From NCBI GenBank assembly GCA_963805525.1, contig CAWDUT010000005.1, forward strand, positions 59,824 through 83,823: a DNA stretch of 24,000 nt, given 5' to 3'. Below the pieces are notes generated by a model, which saw only the letters and a list, made by a program, of their open reading frames with translations, ran no database searches and was not told the DNA's origin. Numbering within the stretch: position 1 is the first letter of the stretch; every line of letters begins with the position of its first letter. This DNA is from an uncultured Solirubrobacteraceae bacterium (GTDB taxonomy: Bacteria; Actinomycetota; Thermoleophilia; Solirubrobacterales; Solirubrobacteraceae). Of this stretch, positions 13,047 through 21,723 are shown one piece after another. A program made the translations under genes and the position numbers.

Positions 13047-15583
13047 TAGGACATCATCTCGATGTAGCCGTCAGTTCCGTGCACGCGGATCCGCTGCCCG
13101 TCGCGGATCAGCCGGGTGGCGTCCGCCACACCCACGACGGCTGGCAGGCCGTACTCGCGCGCGATCACCGCGCCGTGGGTCATCAGGCCGCCGACCTCGG
13201 TGACGAGGCCTTTGACCGCGACGAAGAGCGGTGACCAGCTCGGGTCCGTGAAGGCCGTGACGAGGATGTCGCCGGGCTCGACCTCCGCGTCCGCCATGTC
13301 GAGGATCACGCGGGCGCGGCCCTCGACCGTCCCGGCGGAGACGGCGAGGCCGGTCAGCGCGCCGGCCGGCACGTCGTCGCGCCTCCACGCGCCGGAGAGG
13401 GCCTCGCCCTCCGACGTGAGCACCCGCGGCGGGGTGAGCGCCTGGTACGCCGCGTGCGCCTCCTTGCGCGCCGCGATGAGCGCGCCGTCGACCGGCGCGT
13501 GCGTGCGCGCGACAGCGTGGAGCTCCTCGAACCTGAGCCAGAAGACGTCGTCCGGCTCGCGGATGACGCCGGCGTCCACGAGCCGCTCGGCCTCTGCCGT
13601 CAGGGCCTGCTTGTAGATGAACGTGCGGCTGACGATGCCGTACTTCGGATACTCGCGGTAGCCGATGAAGGTCCGGACGCGGTCGATCTTCCGCTGGGTC
13701 TCCTCGGCCTTCGCGGCGCCGTCCGGCAGGGCCCGCAAACGCTCCAGCACCTCCTGCTCCTTCGCCGCCGCCTGCTGCCGCCCGTGCTCGAAGCGCCGCT
13801 CGCCGGCGCCCGGCTCGCTGTTCTTGACGTTGCCGAGGATCAGCGGCACGAGCGTGGTGGGGCGCTCGCTCCAGCGCGGCCGCGTGATATCGATCTCGCC
13901 GACGCAGCGCATGCCGTACTCGTCGAGCCAGGCGCGGATCGCGTCGCGCGCCTCGCGCCCGCCGTCGAGCCCGGCGAGCTGCTCCAGGAAGTCCTCGTCC
14001 CCGACGTGCTCCAGGAACGCCACCACCTCCGGGTAGGGCCGGATCACGTCCGCGACGTGGAGGAGCGCCAGGCCCATCTCCGACGTCACGTTGTCCGGGA
14101 CGGAGAGCGTGAGCGTGTCGGCCACGTTCTTCTCGCCCAGCCACGCCTCCAGGTGCTCGTTCAGCCACCCGCTGGCCTCCATCGCGCTCATGAACACCGG
14201 ATGGCTCTGGGGATCGACGAGCAGCCGCTTCAGCTCCTGGATGTCCTCGAGGATGAAGTCGAACAGCGCCGGTCCGGACTTCGTGCCGATCTCGCGCCGC
14301 AGTCCGGCGAGCGAGGCCTGGGTCTTCGCGACGAGCGCGGCGACGACGGCCGGGTCGGTCTCGAGCGCGGGCGGCGCGGCGCCGGGCGGCGGGCCCGCGG
14401 GCGCCTCATCGGGAGCGAGCGGGATGAAGCCGCGGTCGACGACGGTCTGCAGCGCGTCGCCCATCAGCGGCTCCTCCCGCCGGATCATGGTCAGCAGAGC
14501 GCCGCGGATCGCGGGCGACGCAAGGCGCTGCGCGACGTCGACGAACAGCCTGCCGGCGGCCTCGTACATCCGCGGGAGCGCGATCAGCTGGTGCACGGAG
14601 AGCCCCAGCGGCTTCAGGGGGTCGGTCATCATCTGCTGATGACCGACGGAGAGGTAGACATGGTTCTCCAGGTCACCGCTCTCGGGGATGGGGAACAGCG
14701 TGGTGATCGGCCGGCTCTGGACGATCTGGAACCCGTCGTCGGCGAGGCACCACTCGATGTCCTGCGGGCGGCCGAAGCGCGCCTCGATCCGGCGGCCGAG
14801 CTGCACGAGCGCGACGGCCTGCGCGTCGGTCAGCGCGGCCTGCTCGCCGGCGATCTCCCTGCCGGTGATCTCGCCGTCGCGGACCGTGAAGCGATCCGGG
14901 TTCACCAGGCCTGAGACGAGCGCCTCGCCGAGGCCGGGGACCGCCTCCAGCGCGGCGACGTTGCGGTTGGAGGTGACGGGGTCCGCCGTGAAGAGGATCC
15001 CGGCCGCGTGCGCGGAGACCATCCGTTGCACCACGACGGCCATGTGCACCCTGCGGTGGTCGAAGCCGTTCTGGATCCGGTAACTGACGGCCCGCTCGGT
15101 GAACAGCGAGGCCCAGCAGCGGCTGACGTGCTCGAGGATCGCGGCCGGCCCGACGACGTTCAGATACGAGTCCTGCTGGCCCGCGAACGAGGCCGTCGGC
15201 AGGTCCTCGGCGGTCGCGCTCGAGCGGACCGCGTACGCGGTCGTCGCGTCGACCGCGCCGGTGATGGCCGCCGCCAGGTCGCGGGGGATCGCGATCGCCT
15301 CGATGGCCCGGCGGATCTCCTCGCTCAGCGTGCGGATCCCGTCGCGGTCGTCCGCGTCCAGGCCCGCCAGCCGATCGAGCCGATCCTCGATCGCGGGCGC
15401 CACGATCAGCCGGAAGGCGTCCGCCGTCACACAGAAGCCCGGCGGCACGCGGACGCCCTCGACTTGCGAGAGCGCTCCCAGCGAGGCGCCCTTGCCGCCG
15501 GCGAGCGCGAGCTGCGTCGCGTCGATGTCTTCCAGATCCAGGACGTGATCGACGCCCGCCGCACGCTGTGTCGTGCCCACCAA
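13046..15583 (-). CDS. PEP-utilising enzyme of the phosphoenolpyruvate synthase / rifampicin phosphotransferase (RPH) architecture
   Basis: N-terminal ATP-grasp PPDK_N-type domain (LALAGGKGASLGAL, YAVRSSATAEDLPTASFAGQQDSYLNV). It has a long helical middle and a C-terminal swivel His domain (GLVTEVGGLMTHGAVIAREYGLPAVVGV). Size and domain order match RPH-type enzymes. The start is TTG 15583 or GTG 15580, downstream of AAGGGAG. The longer ORF to 15628 lacks an RBS. Confidence 0.9.
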   Translation of the reverse strand: MVGTTQRAAGVDHVLDLEDIDATQLALAGGKGASLGALSQVEGVRVPPGFCVTADAFRLIVAPAIEDRLDRLAGLDADDRDGIRTLSEEIRRAIEAIAIPRDLAAAITGAVDATTAYAVRSSATAEDLPTASFAGQQDSYLNVVGPAAILEHVSRCWASLFTERAVSYRIQNGFDHRRVHMAVVVQRMVSAHAAGILFTADPVTSNRNVAALEAVPGLGEALVSGLVNPDRFTVRDGEITGREIAGEQAALTDAQAVALVQLGRRIEARFGRPQDIEWCLADDGFQIVQSRPITTLFPIPESGDLENHVYLSVGHQQMMTDPLKPLGLSVHQLIALPRMYEAAGRLFVDVAQRLASPAIRGALLTMIRREEPLMGDALQTVVDRGFIPLAPDEAPAGPPPGAAPPALETDPAVVAALVAKTQASLAGLRREIGTKSGPALFDFILEDIQELKRLLVDPQSHPVFMSAMEASGWLNEHLEAWLGEKNVADTLTLSVPDNVTSEMGLALLHVADVIRPYPEVVAFLEHVGDEDFLEQLAGLDGGREARDAIRAWLDEYGMRCVGEIDITRPRWSERPTTLVPLILGNVKNSEPGAGERRFEHGRQQAAAKEQEVLERLRALPDGAAKAEETQRKIDRVRTFIGYREYPKYGIVSRTFIYKQALTAEAERLVDAGVIREPDDVFWLRFEELHAVARTHAPVDGALIAARKEAHAAYQALTPPRVLTSEGEALSGAWRRDDVPAGALTGLAVSAGTVEGRARVILDMADAEVEPGDILVTAFTDPSWSPLFVAVKGLVTEVGGLMTHGAVIAREYGLPAVVGVADATRLIRDGQRIRVHGTDGYIEMMS

Positions 15584-15630
15584 AATTTGCTCCCTTCGTC
15601 GCCTGCGGCAAGCGAGTATGAGGCACACCC

Positions 15631-15651
15631 GGGGGCTTGAATCAAGCCCCC
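15631..15651 (-). promoter_or_regulatory. Perfect GC-rich palindrome GGGGGCTT-GAATC-AAGCCCCC; either an RAE-like regulatory inverted repeat upstream of the RPH-like gene or a terminator of the upstream metalloprotease gene (or both)
   Basis: 8-bp perfect arms with a 5-nt centre. It lies 48 nt upstream of the RPH-like start and 33 nt downstream of the metalloprotease stop (15684). A TAnnnT-poor CATACT lies 12 nt downstream on the minus strand. Confidence 0.5.
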
Positions 15652-15683
15652 CTACCGGCCATAATCTTGGAAGTGGAGGGGGT

Positions 15684-18659
15684 TCAGCGGACGCGTAGCG
15701 TCCCGGTCGTGAGCCTCTTCTGGCGGTTTCCGGCGCGGTCGGTCGCGCGGACCGCGATCGCGTAGCGCCCGCGCGGCAGCTTGCGCTTCAACCGCAGCGT
15801 CCACGTCGCCTTGCCCTTCGCGCGCAGGAAGACGCGCTTGCTGCACTTGCGCGCCTTGGTGAGCTTGCCGGCGGCGGTGACGAAGCGACAGCGGCGCCCC
15901 GCCTTGCGCGAGATCGCCACCTCGACGCGCCCCAGCGAGGAGCAGCCGGCGTCGCTCGCGCGGCCGCGCAGCCGCAGCTTGCGCTGCTTCGCCGTCGCCT
16001 TCGACAGCTTCGCGGTCGGTGGCGAGGCGTCGGCACACGTAGCGGGCGGACCGCCGCCGCCGGGCGACCCTCCCGGCGGGCCGGGCGGCGGCGGAGCCGG
16101 CGGCGCGCGCGTGACCGTGAAGCCGTCGACCTCGGCCGCGGCCTCGCCGCCGGTGGTGACGATCACGTCGCGCAAGCCGAGCGCGGCGCCCGGCGCCACG
16201 TGCACGCGGGCGACCGCCGCGCTGGGCGAGCCGACGTCCAGGCGCTCGACCGTGACGCCGTCGCCGAAGTTGGCCACGCTCTCCGGGCCGAACGCCGTGT
16301 CGGCGCCGGTGAGCGCGACGTCCAGCGTCGCCCCGCGCGCGCCCGTGCCCGGGCTCACCGACACGAGCCGCGCCACGGCGGGCGTCGCCGCCGCCACGAG
16401 CAGCGAGCCGCCGCCCGCGTGCTCGCCCCCGGTCTGCACGCTCACGTCGCGGAAGCCGACGGTCGCGCCCGCGGCGACCGTCACGTTCGCGACCGCCGTC
16501 GTCGGCGACACCACCGTGAGCTTCTTGACCGTCACGCCGGCGCCGAGGTCGACCAGGCTCGCGCTCGAGAAGTGCGTGAGCGCGCCCGAGACGGTCACGT
16601 CGCGTGTGGTGCCGGCGGGGACGATCGGCGGCGTGACCGAGAGGATCGTGGGCGCGCTCGGCGCGCCGACCACCTGCACCGCCCCGATCCCCTTGGCGGT
16701 CTCACCGCCCGTCGTCACGGTCACGTCGCGGAAGCCCAGCGCCGCGCCCGGCGCGACCGTCAGCCGCACGCTCAGACGCGTCGGGGACAGCACGTGCGTC
16801 GCGCCGGCCGACACGCCCGTGCCGGCCACCGCCACGGCGCTCCCGCTCCCGAAGCTCGTGCCGGAGCCTTCGAGCTCGACGTCGAGCGCGGTCCCGCGCG
16901 GCAGCGCCGGCGGCGTGACCGCCGCGACCGTCGGGGCGACCGCCGAGAGCGCGAGGTTGGCGAGCGCGTTCGAGTAGCCGGTCAGCGCGTCGGCGGTGCC
17001 GGTCTTCACGTCGGGCCGGAACTCGAACACGCCGCCGGAGAACAGCGTCTCCTCGGTGAACGTGCGCAGCGCGTTCTCGGGCCCGAGCTGGTCCAGCGGC
17101 GCGTCCTGATCCGGGTTCGCGCCGGGCGGGAAGACCGCCGGCGGCGCGTCCGGCCCGGGGTCGCCGCGGGGCGTGGCGCGCGGCGGGTTCTGCTCCGGCG
17201 GGCAGCTGCCCGACAGCATCGTGTTCAGCCGCAGCCCCTTCGAGGCGTAGAGGCTGTCGACGCTCTCGCGGCTGGGGCCGGTGCGGTGGCTGTCGGCGTC
17301 GGTGACGAGGATCACCTGCCCGCCGCGGCCGAGTTGCCGCCCGGCGGTCATCAGCGCCCGGTTCGATCCCTCCGGGCAGTCGGGCGTCGAGTGCGTCGTC
17401 AGCCCGGCGAGCACCTGCCTGACCTTGTCCGGGTCGCGGGTGACCGTCCGGACCGTCGAGCTGTCGTCGAACGTGACGACCTCCGTCAGCGGGAACGAGA
17501 GCGTCGCGAGGTTGTCGACCATCCGCTCGAGGCCCGTCTTGATGCCCCCGAGCTCCGGGCCCATGCTGCCGGTGACGTCGATCACGAAGGCGAGCCCCGG
17601 GCTGTCGACCTTGAAGTCGGCGACCTTGGTCCCGCTCCCGCCGACCGGCACGCTCTCGCGCTCCTCCGGATCGGTGTCCTGGGCACAGTCGGACTCCTTC
17701 GCCGGCGTGAAGAACTCCTGCGCGAAGTCGGCGTCGATCTCGGTGAACATCGCGAGCGAGTCGAGGTAGCCCGTGTCGCCGGCGAGCGGCTCGACGACGA
17801 TCTCGTAGTCGCCGGGCGGGACGCCGTGGATCGTGTACGAGCCGTCCTCCTCCCCGTCGAAGCCGGTCACGCGCGTGAGCTGGATCGTCGGGTTGGCGAC
17901 GTTGATCGCGCGCACGTTGGCGCCCAGCACCGGCTCGCCGCTGCCGCAGCGGGTGACGGTGCCGGTGATCGTGCCGGTGCTGGTCGTGAACGACGCCTCC
18001 GGGTACAGCTCGGACAGCGCGGCGACGTCATCGGCCTCGAGCGAGCGCCGCTCGGTACCGGTGATCGAGAACGGGTGCATGGTCGGCACCTGGCTCTCGA
18101 GCTCCGCGTCGAGCGCGCTGTCCTTGCCGACGGGGAAGCCGACCGTCGAGTGGGCGAGCCCGAGCGTGTGGCCGAGCTCGTGCACCTCGGTCGAGCGGCG
18201 GTCGAAGTTGGTCCGGGTCCCGTTGATGATCAGGAACATGTCGTCGATCACCGAGTGGCCGGCGCTCACCACGACGTCGCTCGGGCCGAAGCCGTTGACC
18301 GACGCCGGGGCGAGGCCGAGCGCGAGCAGCGCGTTCCCGGTCTCGTCGAGGATCACCTCCTGCTTCCCGTCGCCGGTGAGGTTGCCCCAGGCGCTGAGGT
18401 AGTTGTTGGCGTTGAAGTCGACCGTGGCCAGGGTCTGCGCACCCCACGGGTCCTTGGCCGTGCCGACGCCGTTCCACGTCGAGGTGGCGGCCGCGACCTC
18501 GCCCGTGATGTCGGTCGGCCCGTTGTCGACCGTCAGCGGGATCGGGAGGTGGAGCCAGTGGTCGGGCGGGCCGAAGTTCTCGGACAGGTGCTGGTAGCCG
18601 CTGGCGGGCGCGGCCGTGAGCGCGAGCAGCACGAGCGCGAGTCCGAGGCGGCGGATCAC
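15684..18659 (-). CDS. Secreted multidomain protein: signal peptide, metzincin (matrixin-like) Zn-protease, carboxypeptidase-regulatory-like beta-sandwich, VWA domain, three Ig/TIG-like repeats, Pro/Gly linker, basic Cys-containing C-terminal domain
   Basis: 991-aa ORF. Signal peptide: MIRRLGLALVLLALTAAPASG. Zinc motif HELGHTLGLAHS, encoded at ~18147-18188. GTITGTV...GSYTIHGVPPGDYEIVVEP. VWA: LAFVIDVTGSMGPEL...VILVTDADSH. Three ~90-aa repeats end in FRDVTVTTGGE / FRDVSVQTGGE / LRDVIVTTGGE. Linker: APPAPPPPGPPGGSPGGGGPP. Confidence 0.9.
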   Translation of the reverse strand: MIRRLGLALVLLALTAAPASGYQHLSENFGPPDHWLHLPIPLTVDNGPTDITGEVAAATSTWNGVGTAKDPWGAQTLATVDFNANNYLSAWGNLTGDGKQEVILDETGNALLALGLAPASVNGFGPSDVVVSAGHSVIDDMFLIINGTRTNFDRRSTEVHELGHTLGLAHSTVGFPVGKDSALDAELESQVPTMHPFSITGTERRSLEADDVAALSELYPEASFTTSTGTITGTVTRCGSGEPVLGANVRAINVANPTIQLTRVTGFDGEEDGSYTIHGVPPGDYEIVVEPLAGDTGYLDSLAMFTEIDADFAQEFFTPAKESDCAQDTDPEERESVPVGGSGTKVADFKVDSPGLAFVIDVTGSMGPELGGIKTGLERMVDNLATLSFPLTEVVTFDDSSTVRTVTRDPDKVRQVLAGLTTHSTPDCPEGSNRALMTAGRQLGRGGQVILVTDADSHRTGPSRESVDSLYASKGLRLNTMLSGSCPPEQNPPRATPRGDPGPDAPPAVFPPGANPDQDAPLDQLGPENALRTFTEETLFSGGVFEFRPDVKTGTADALTGYSNALANLALSAVAPTVAAVTPPALPRGTALDVELEGSGTSFGSGSAVAVAGTGVSAGATHVLSPTRLSVRLTVAPGAALGFRDVTVTTGGETAKGIGAVQVVGAPSAPTILSVTPPIVPAGTTRDVTVSGALTHFSSASLVDLGAGVTVKKLTVVSPTTAVANVTVAAGATVGFRDVSVQTGGEHAGGGSLLVAAATPAVARLVSVSPGTGARGATLDVALTGADTAFGPESVANFGDGVTVERLDVGSPSAAVARVHVAPGAALGLRDVIVTTGGEAAAEVDGFTVTRAPPAPPPPGPPGGSPGGGGPPATCADASPPTAKLSKATAKQRKLRLRGRASDAGCSSLGRVEVAISRKAGRRCRFVTAAGKLTKARKCSKRVFLRAKGKATWTLRLKRKLPRGRYAIAVRATDRAGNRQKRLTTGTLRVR

Positions 18660-19093
18660 TTCGGCACCTCGATCACGTTGTCGGGAAAGATCGTCGGCCC
18701 GGCGGGGCCGTCGGGCCCGAGGAACAGCACGTAGCGGTGCGCCCGCGCGAACGGCTGGACCGGCGACGTGACGATGCGGTCGCCAAGCCGCCCGCCGATC
18801 ACCTGGACGACGAAGGCGTGCGGCAGCGAGCCCTTGAGCACGCGCTGGACCTCGAACCGCGTGCGCGTGAACGGGGTGCCCTTGCCGCCGTCGATGACGC
18901 GCGAGCCGCGGGCCACGACGAGCGCGATCCGCTGCGCGCGCTTCGAGGCCTCGGCGGTCGAGAGCGGGTACTCCGGCGCCGCGGGTCGTGCGGCGGGCGC
19001 CGAGGGCGCAGCTCTCTCACCACCGCATCCCGCGGCTGCGAACGCCGCGGCGGCGGCCAGCCCGGCGGCCAAGCGCGCGACGCGGGGCGACAC
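18656..19093 (-). CDS. Lipoprotein of unknown function, translationally coupled to the downstream metalloprotease
   Basis: 145-aa ORF with a signal peptide and lipobox (LAAAAAFAAAGC). Its stop overlaps the next start as GTGA (18659-18656). GGAGG lies 12 nt upstream of the GTG start. Confidence 0.75.
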   Translation of the reverse strand: MSPRVARLAAGLAAAAAFAAAGCGGERAAPSAPAARPAAPEYPLSTAEASKRAQRIALVVARGSRVIDGGKGTPFTRTRFEVQRVLKGSLPHAFVVQVIGGRLGDRIVTSPVQPFARAHRYVLFLGPDGPAGPTIFPDNVIEVPK

Positions 19094-19142
19094 GGCACGA
19101 CTCTACCTCCGCGCGCGCGGCCCGACCTATGCGTTCGCGTAG

Positions 19143-19649
19143 TCAGGCGCCGGCGTCGTCGAGCTGCTCCCGCAGCCAGTCGCGCATGACCGTCGTCGTC
19201 CGCAGCCCGAGGTCGACCGTCGGGGCGAACGGGTGGCCGCCGCTCTCGCCGATCCGCTCGGAGATCTCGCGCAGCATCGCCGCATAGGCCTCGGCGTGCT
19301 CGAGCTCGCGCTCGAGCACCACGCGGCGGTCGGCCGGGTCGAGCAGGGCGACGAGGAACCAGCGCACGGCCGTCTCGTTGCGCTGGGCTCGGTTCGGCTC
19401 CGTCTCGACCAGCCAGCGGCGGAGCTCCTCGCGCCCGGCGGGGGTGATGCCGAACGTGCGGCTGTTGCGCGCCCCCTCGCCGACGACCTCGACCATCCCC
19501 GCCTCCTCGAGCTTGGCGAGCTCCGGATAGATCTGGCTGTGGCTCGCGTGCCACGCGTTGGCGAGCGAGACGTCGAACCGGTTGGTCAGCTCGTAGCCGG
19601 TGCTCGGCTGGGTGGAGAGCAGCCCGAGCACCGCGTGGCGGAGGGACAT
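19143..19649 (-). CDS. PadR-family transcriptional regulator
   Basis: 168 aa. The N-terminal winged helix LRHAVLGLLSTQPSTGYELTNRF...SHSQIYPELAKLEEAGMV is a textbook PadR signature. Confidence 0.9.
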   Translation of the reverse strand: MSLRHAVLGLLSTQPSTGYELTNRFDVSLANAWHASHSQIYPELAKLEEAGMVEVVGEGARNSRTFGITPAGREELRRWLVETEPNRAQRNETAVRWFLVALLDPADRRVVLERELEHAEAYAAMLREISERIGESGGHPFAPTVDLGLRTTTVMRDWLREQLDDAGA

Positions 19650-19668
19650 GCCCCGCAGTGTATCTGAC

Positions 19669-19726
19669 TTGACATGTCAATCTCGACATGTAATCTACGA
19701 CATATGAATCCCGACACGTCGATCTC
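19669..19726. promoter_or_regulatory. PadR/MFS divergent control region: 12-bp palindrome, four 14-bp tandem repeats with ATGT-N8-ACAT motifs, and a near-consensus promoter for a leaderless MFS mRNA
   Basis: TTGACATGTCAA at 19669-19680. Repeats: GACATGTCAATCTC (19671), GACATGTAATCTAC (19685), GACATATGAATCCC (19699), GACACGTCGATCTC (19713). ATGT-N8-ACAT occurs at 19674-19689 and 19688-19703. TTGACA(19669-19674)-N16-TAATCT(19691-19696) puts the TSS at about the ATG at 19704. No SD is present. Confidence 0.6.
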
Positions 19727-21119
19727 TCCGAAGCAGCAGCGCCTGCTGCTCGCCGCCGTCGTCTCCGGCCTGCTGCTGGCGATGCTCGACCAGACGATCG
19801 TCGGCACGGCGCTGCCCGCGATCGTGCGCGACCTCCACGGGTGGTCCTCCTATCTGTGGGTCGTCACCGCCTACCTCGTGCCGGCGACCGTGTCGCTGCC
19901 GGTGTACGCGCGGCTGTCCGACCGCCACGGGCGGCGCGCGCTGCTGCTGATCGGGATGGCGCTCTTCCTGCTCGGCTCGGCGCTGTCGGCCTCCGCGCAG
20001 GACATGACGCAGCTGATCGCCTGGCGCGGGCTGCAGGGTCTCGGCGCGGGGGCGCTCGAGGGCCTCTCGTTCATCCTCGTCGCCGACCTCTACGCCGGCC
20101 GCCGCAGCGCCGCGCTCCAGGGCATGCTCGCCGGGCTGATGGGCCTGAGCTTCATCGCCGGGCCGCTGGTCGGCGGCTTCCTGGCGGACCAGGCCGGCTG
20201 GCGCTGGGTCTTCCTCGTCAACCTCCCGATCGGGATCGCCGCGATGGCGGTGGTCGCGCGCGTGCTGCCCCGCTCGATCGGCCGCCGGGAGCACGGCGCG
20301 CGCGTCGACGCGGCCGGGATCGCGCTGCTGACCGCCGCGGTCGGGCTGCTGCTCGTCGGGCTCAACGAGCACACGCGCGTGGACTCGTGGAGCGACCCGC
20401 GCACCGGCGGGCTGCTCGCCGCGGCGCTGCTGGCCGTCTACGCGTTCGTGCGGGTCGAGCGGCGGGCCGCCTCGCCGGTCGTGCCGCTGCGGCTGTTCGC
20501 CGACCGCCGCACCGCGGCGATCATGCTCGCGGGCGCCACCGGCGCCTTCGGCCTGTTCGCCGGCGTGCTCCTGCTCCCGCGCTACTTCCAGGGTGTGCGC
20601 GAGGTCAGCGCGACGCACTCCGGGCTGCTGATCTACCCGCTGCTGCTCGGCCTCGTGGTCGGCGTCAACGTGGCCGGCGCGCTGATCGTCAAGCGCGGCG
20701 AGTACCGCGCGCCGATCCTCGGCGGCCTCGCCCTGGCGGCGCTCGGCGGCCTCGGGTTCGCGACGTTCGACGCCTCCACGCCCGACTGGGAGAGCCTCGC
20801 GTGCATGGCGCTCATCGGCCTCGGCATCGGCCCCGTTCTCTCGGGCCTGCAGATCGCGCTGCAGCGGACGGTCGCGCCCGCCGCGATCGGCGCGGCGATG
20901 GGGACGCTGCTGCTGCTGCGCCAGGTCGGCGCCTCGGTCGCGCTGGCCGCGAGCGAGACGGTCTACACGGCCGGGCTCGACAGCGGGAGCAGCGCCGCGG
21001 CGGCCACCGGCACCGCGGTCTGCGTCATCGTCCTCGCCGGCGCGGCGGTCGCCGCGGCCGCGCTGGTCAGCCTCCCGCGCGCCGCGACCCGGATCGCGCT
21101 GGTGCCGGCCCCGGCGTGA
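19704..21119 (+). CDS. MFS transporter, DHA2 (EmrB/QacA-like, 14-TMS) drug:H+ antiporter family
   Basis: Typical N-terminus LLLAAVVSGLLLAMLDQTIVGTALPAIVRDL, motif LSDRHGRRALLLIG, and many TM segments. The ATG at 19704 is preferred over the upstream alternative at 19674. Confidence 0.9.
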   Translation: MNPDTSISPKQQRLLLAAVVSGLLLAMLDQTIVGTALPAIVRDLHGWSSYLWVVTAYLVPATVSLPVYARLSDRHGRRALLLIGMALFLLGSALSASAQDMTQLIAWRGLQGLGAGALEGLSFILVADLYAGRRSAALQGMLAGLMGLSFIAGPLVGGFLADQAGWRWVFLVNLPIGIAAMAVVARVLPRSIGRREHGARVDAAGIALLTAAVGLLLVGLNEHTRVDSWSDPRTGGLLAAALLAVYAFVRVERRAASPVVPLRLFADRRTAAIMLAGATGAFGLFAGVLLLPRYFQGVREVSATHSGLLIYPLLLGLVVGVNVAGALIVKRGEYRAPILGGLALAALGGLGFATFDASTPDWESLACMALIGLGIGPVLSGLQIALQRTVAPAAIGAAMGTLLLLRQVGASVALAASETVYTAGLDSGSSAAAATGTAVCVIVLAGAAVAAAALVSLPRAATRIALVPAPA

Positions 21120-21218
21120 ACCTCCCATCTGCGACCCGAAGCTCTCACAAGCTTGTCGCGCGCTCCGCCGAGGCGCGCAACGCCTCCCGCGACGGTACCG
21201 CGCGCCGAGACAGGAGGT

Positions 21219-21698
21219 ATGAGCCGCATTGCCAAGACGATCTTCCGCACCGCGCTGTTCGTCGGCATGCTCGTCGGTGCAAGCCACGCCGACGTCGCGG
21301 CAGCCTTCTTGCAGTCGGGCGGCACCTCCACCGGCGGCGTCCAGGTGACCAGGTCCGTGAGCGTCAATCAGACGGCTCGCCTCGCGCCCGTCGTCCCCGG
21401 CACCCCTGCCCAGACGCTCAGCGGCACGTTCGACAACCGCAGCAGCGAGCCCGTCCATGTCGCGACGATCCGCGTCTCGATCGCCAAGGTCGTCAAGGCG
21501 CCCGGCGCCGCCGCCGGCACCTGCGACGCCTCCGACTTCGTGCTCACGCACCGCACCATCGCCGTCGCCGCCGACGTCCCCAGCGGGCGCGGAACGGGCA
21601 GCTGGACCGGCGGCAAGGTCGCGTTCAACAACAAGCCCGGCGTCGACCAGAACGCCTGCCAGGGCGCCACGGTCAAGCTCCGCTACACGACCTCGTAG
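21219..21698 (+). CDS. Small secreted protein, possibly TasA/camelysin-like (alternate-type signal peptide family)
   Basis: Signal peptide: MSRIAKTIFRTALFVGMLVGASHA. The beta-rich mature part ends in QNACQGATVKLRYTTS with a conserved-looking Cys pair. AGGAGG lies immediately upstream, with unusually short spacing. The family call is tentative. Confidence 0.7.
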   Translation: MSRIAKTIFRTALFVGMLVGASHADVAAAFLQSGGTSTGGVQVTRSVSVNQTARLAPVVPGTPAQTLSGTFDNRSSEPVHVATIRVSIAKVVKAPGAAAGTCDASDFVLTHRTIAVAADVPSGRGTGSWTGGKVAFNNKPGVDQNACQGATVKLRYTTS

Positions 21699-21723
21699 AC
21701 CGCCTCTGGCTACCGTGACCGGC

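Noticed and set aside
21147-21178. 10-bp palindrome ACAAGCTTGT and the adjacent GCGCGC...GCGCGC hairpin after the MFS gene.
   Set aside because: The stems are short (6-7 bp) with no U-tract. That is too weak to call a terminator or operator with any confidence.
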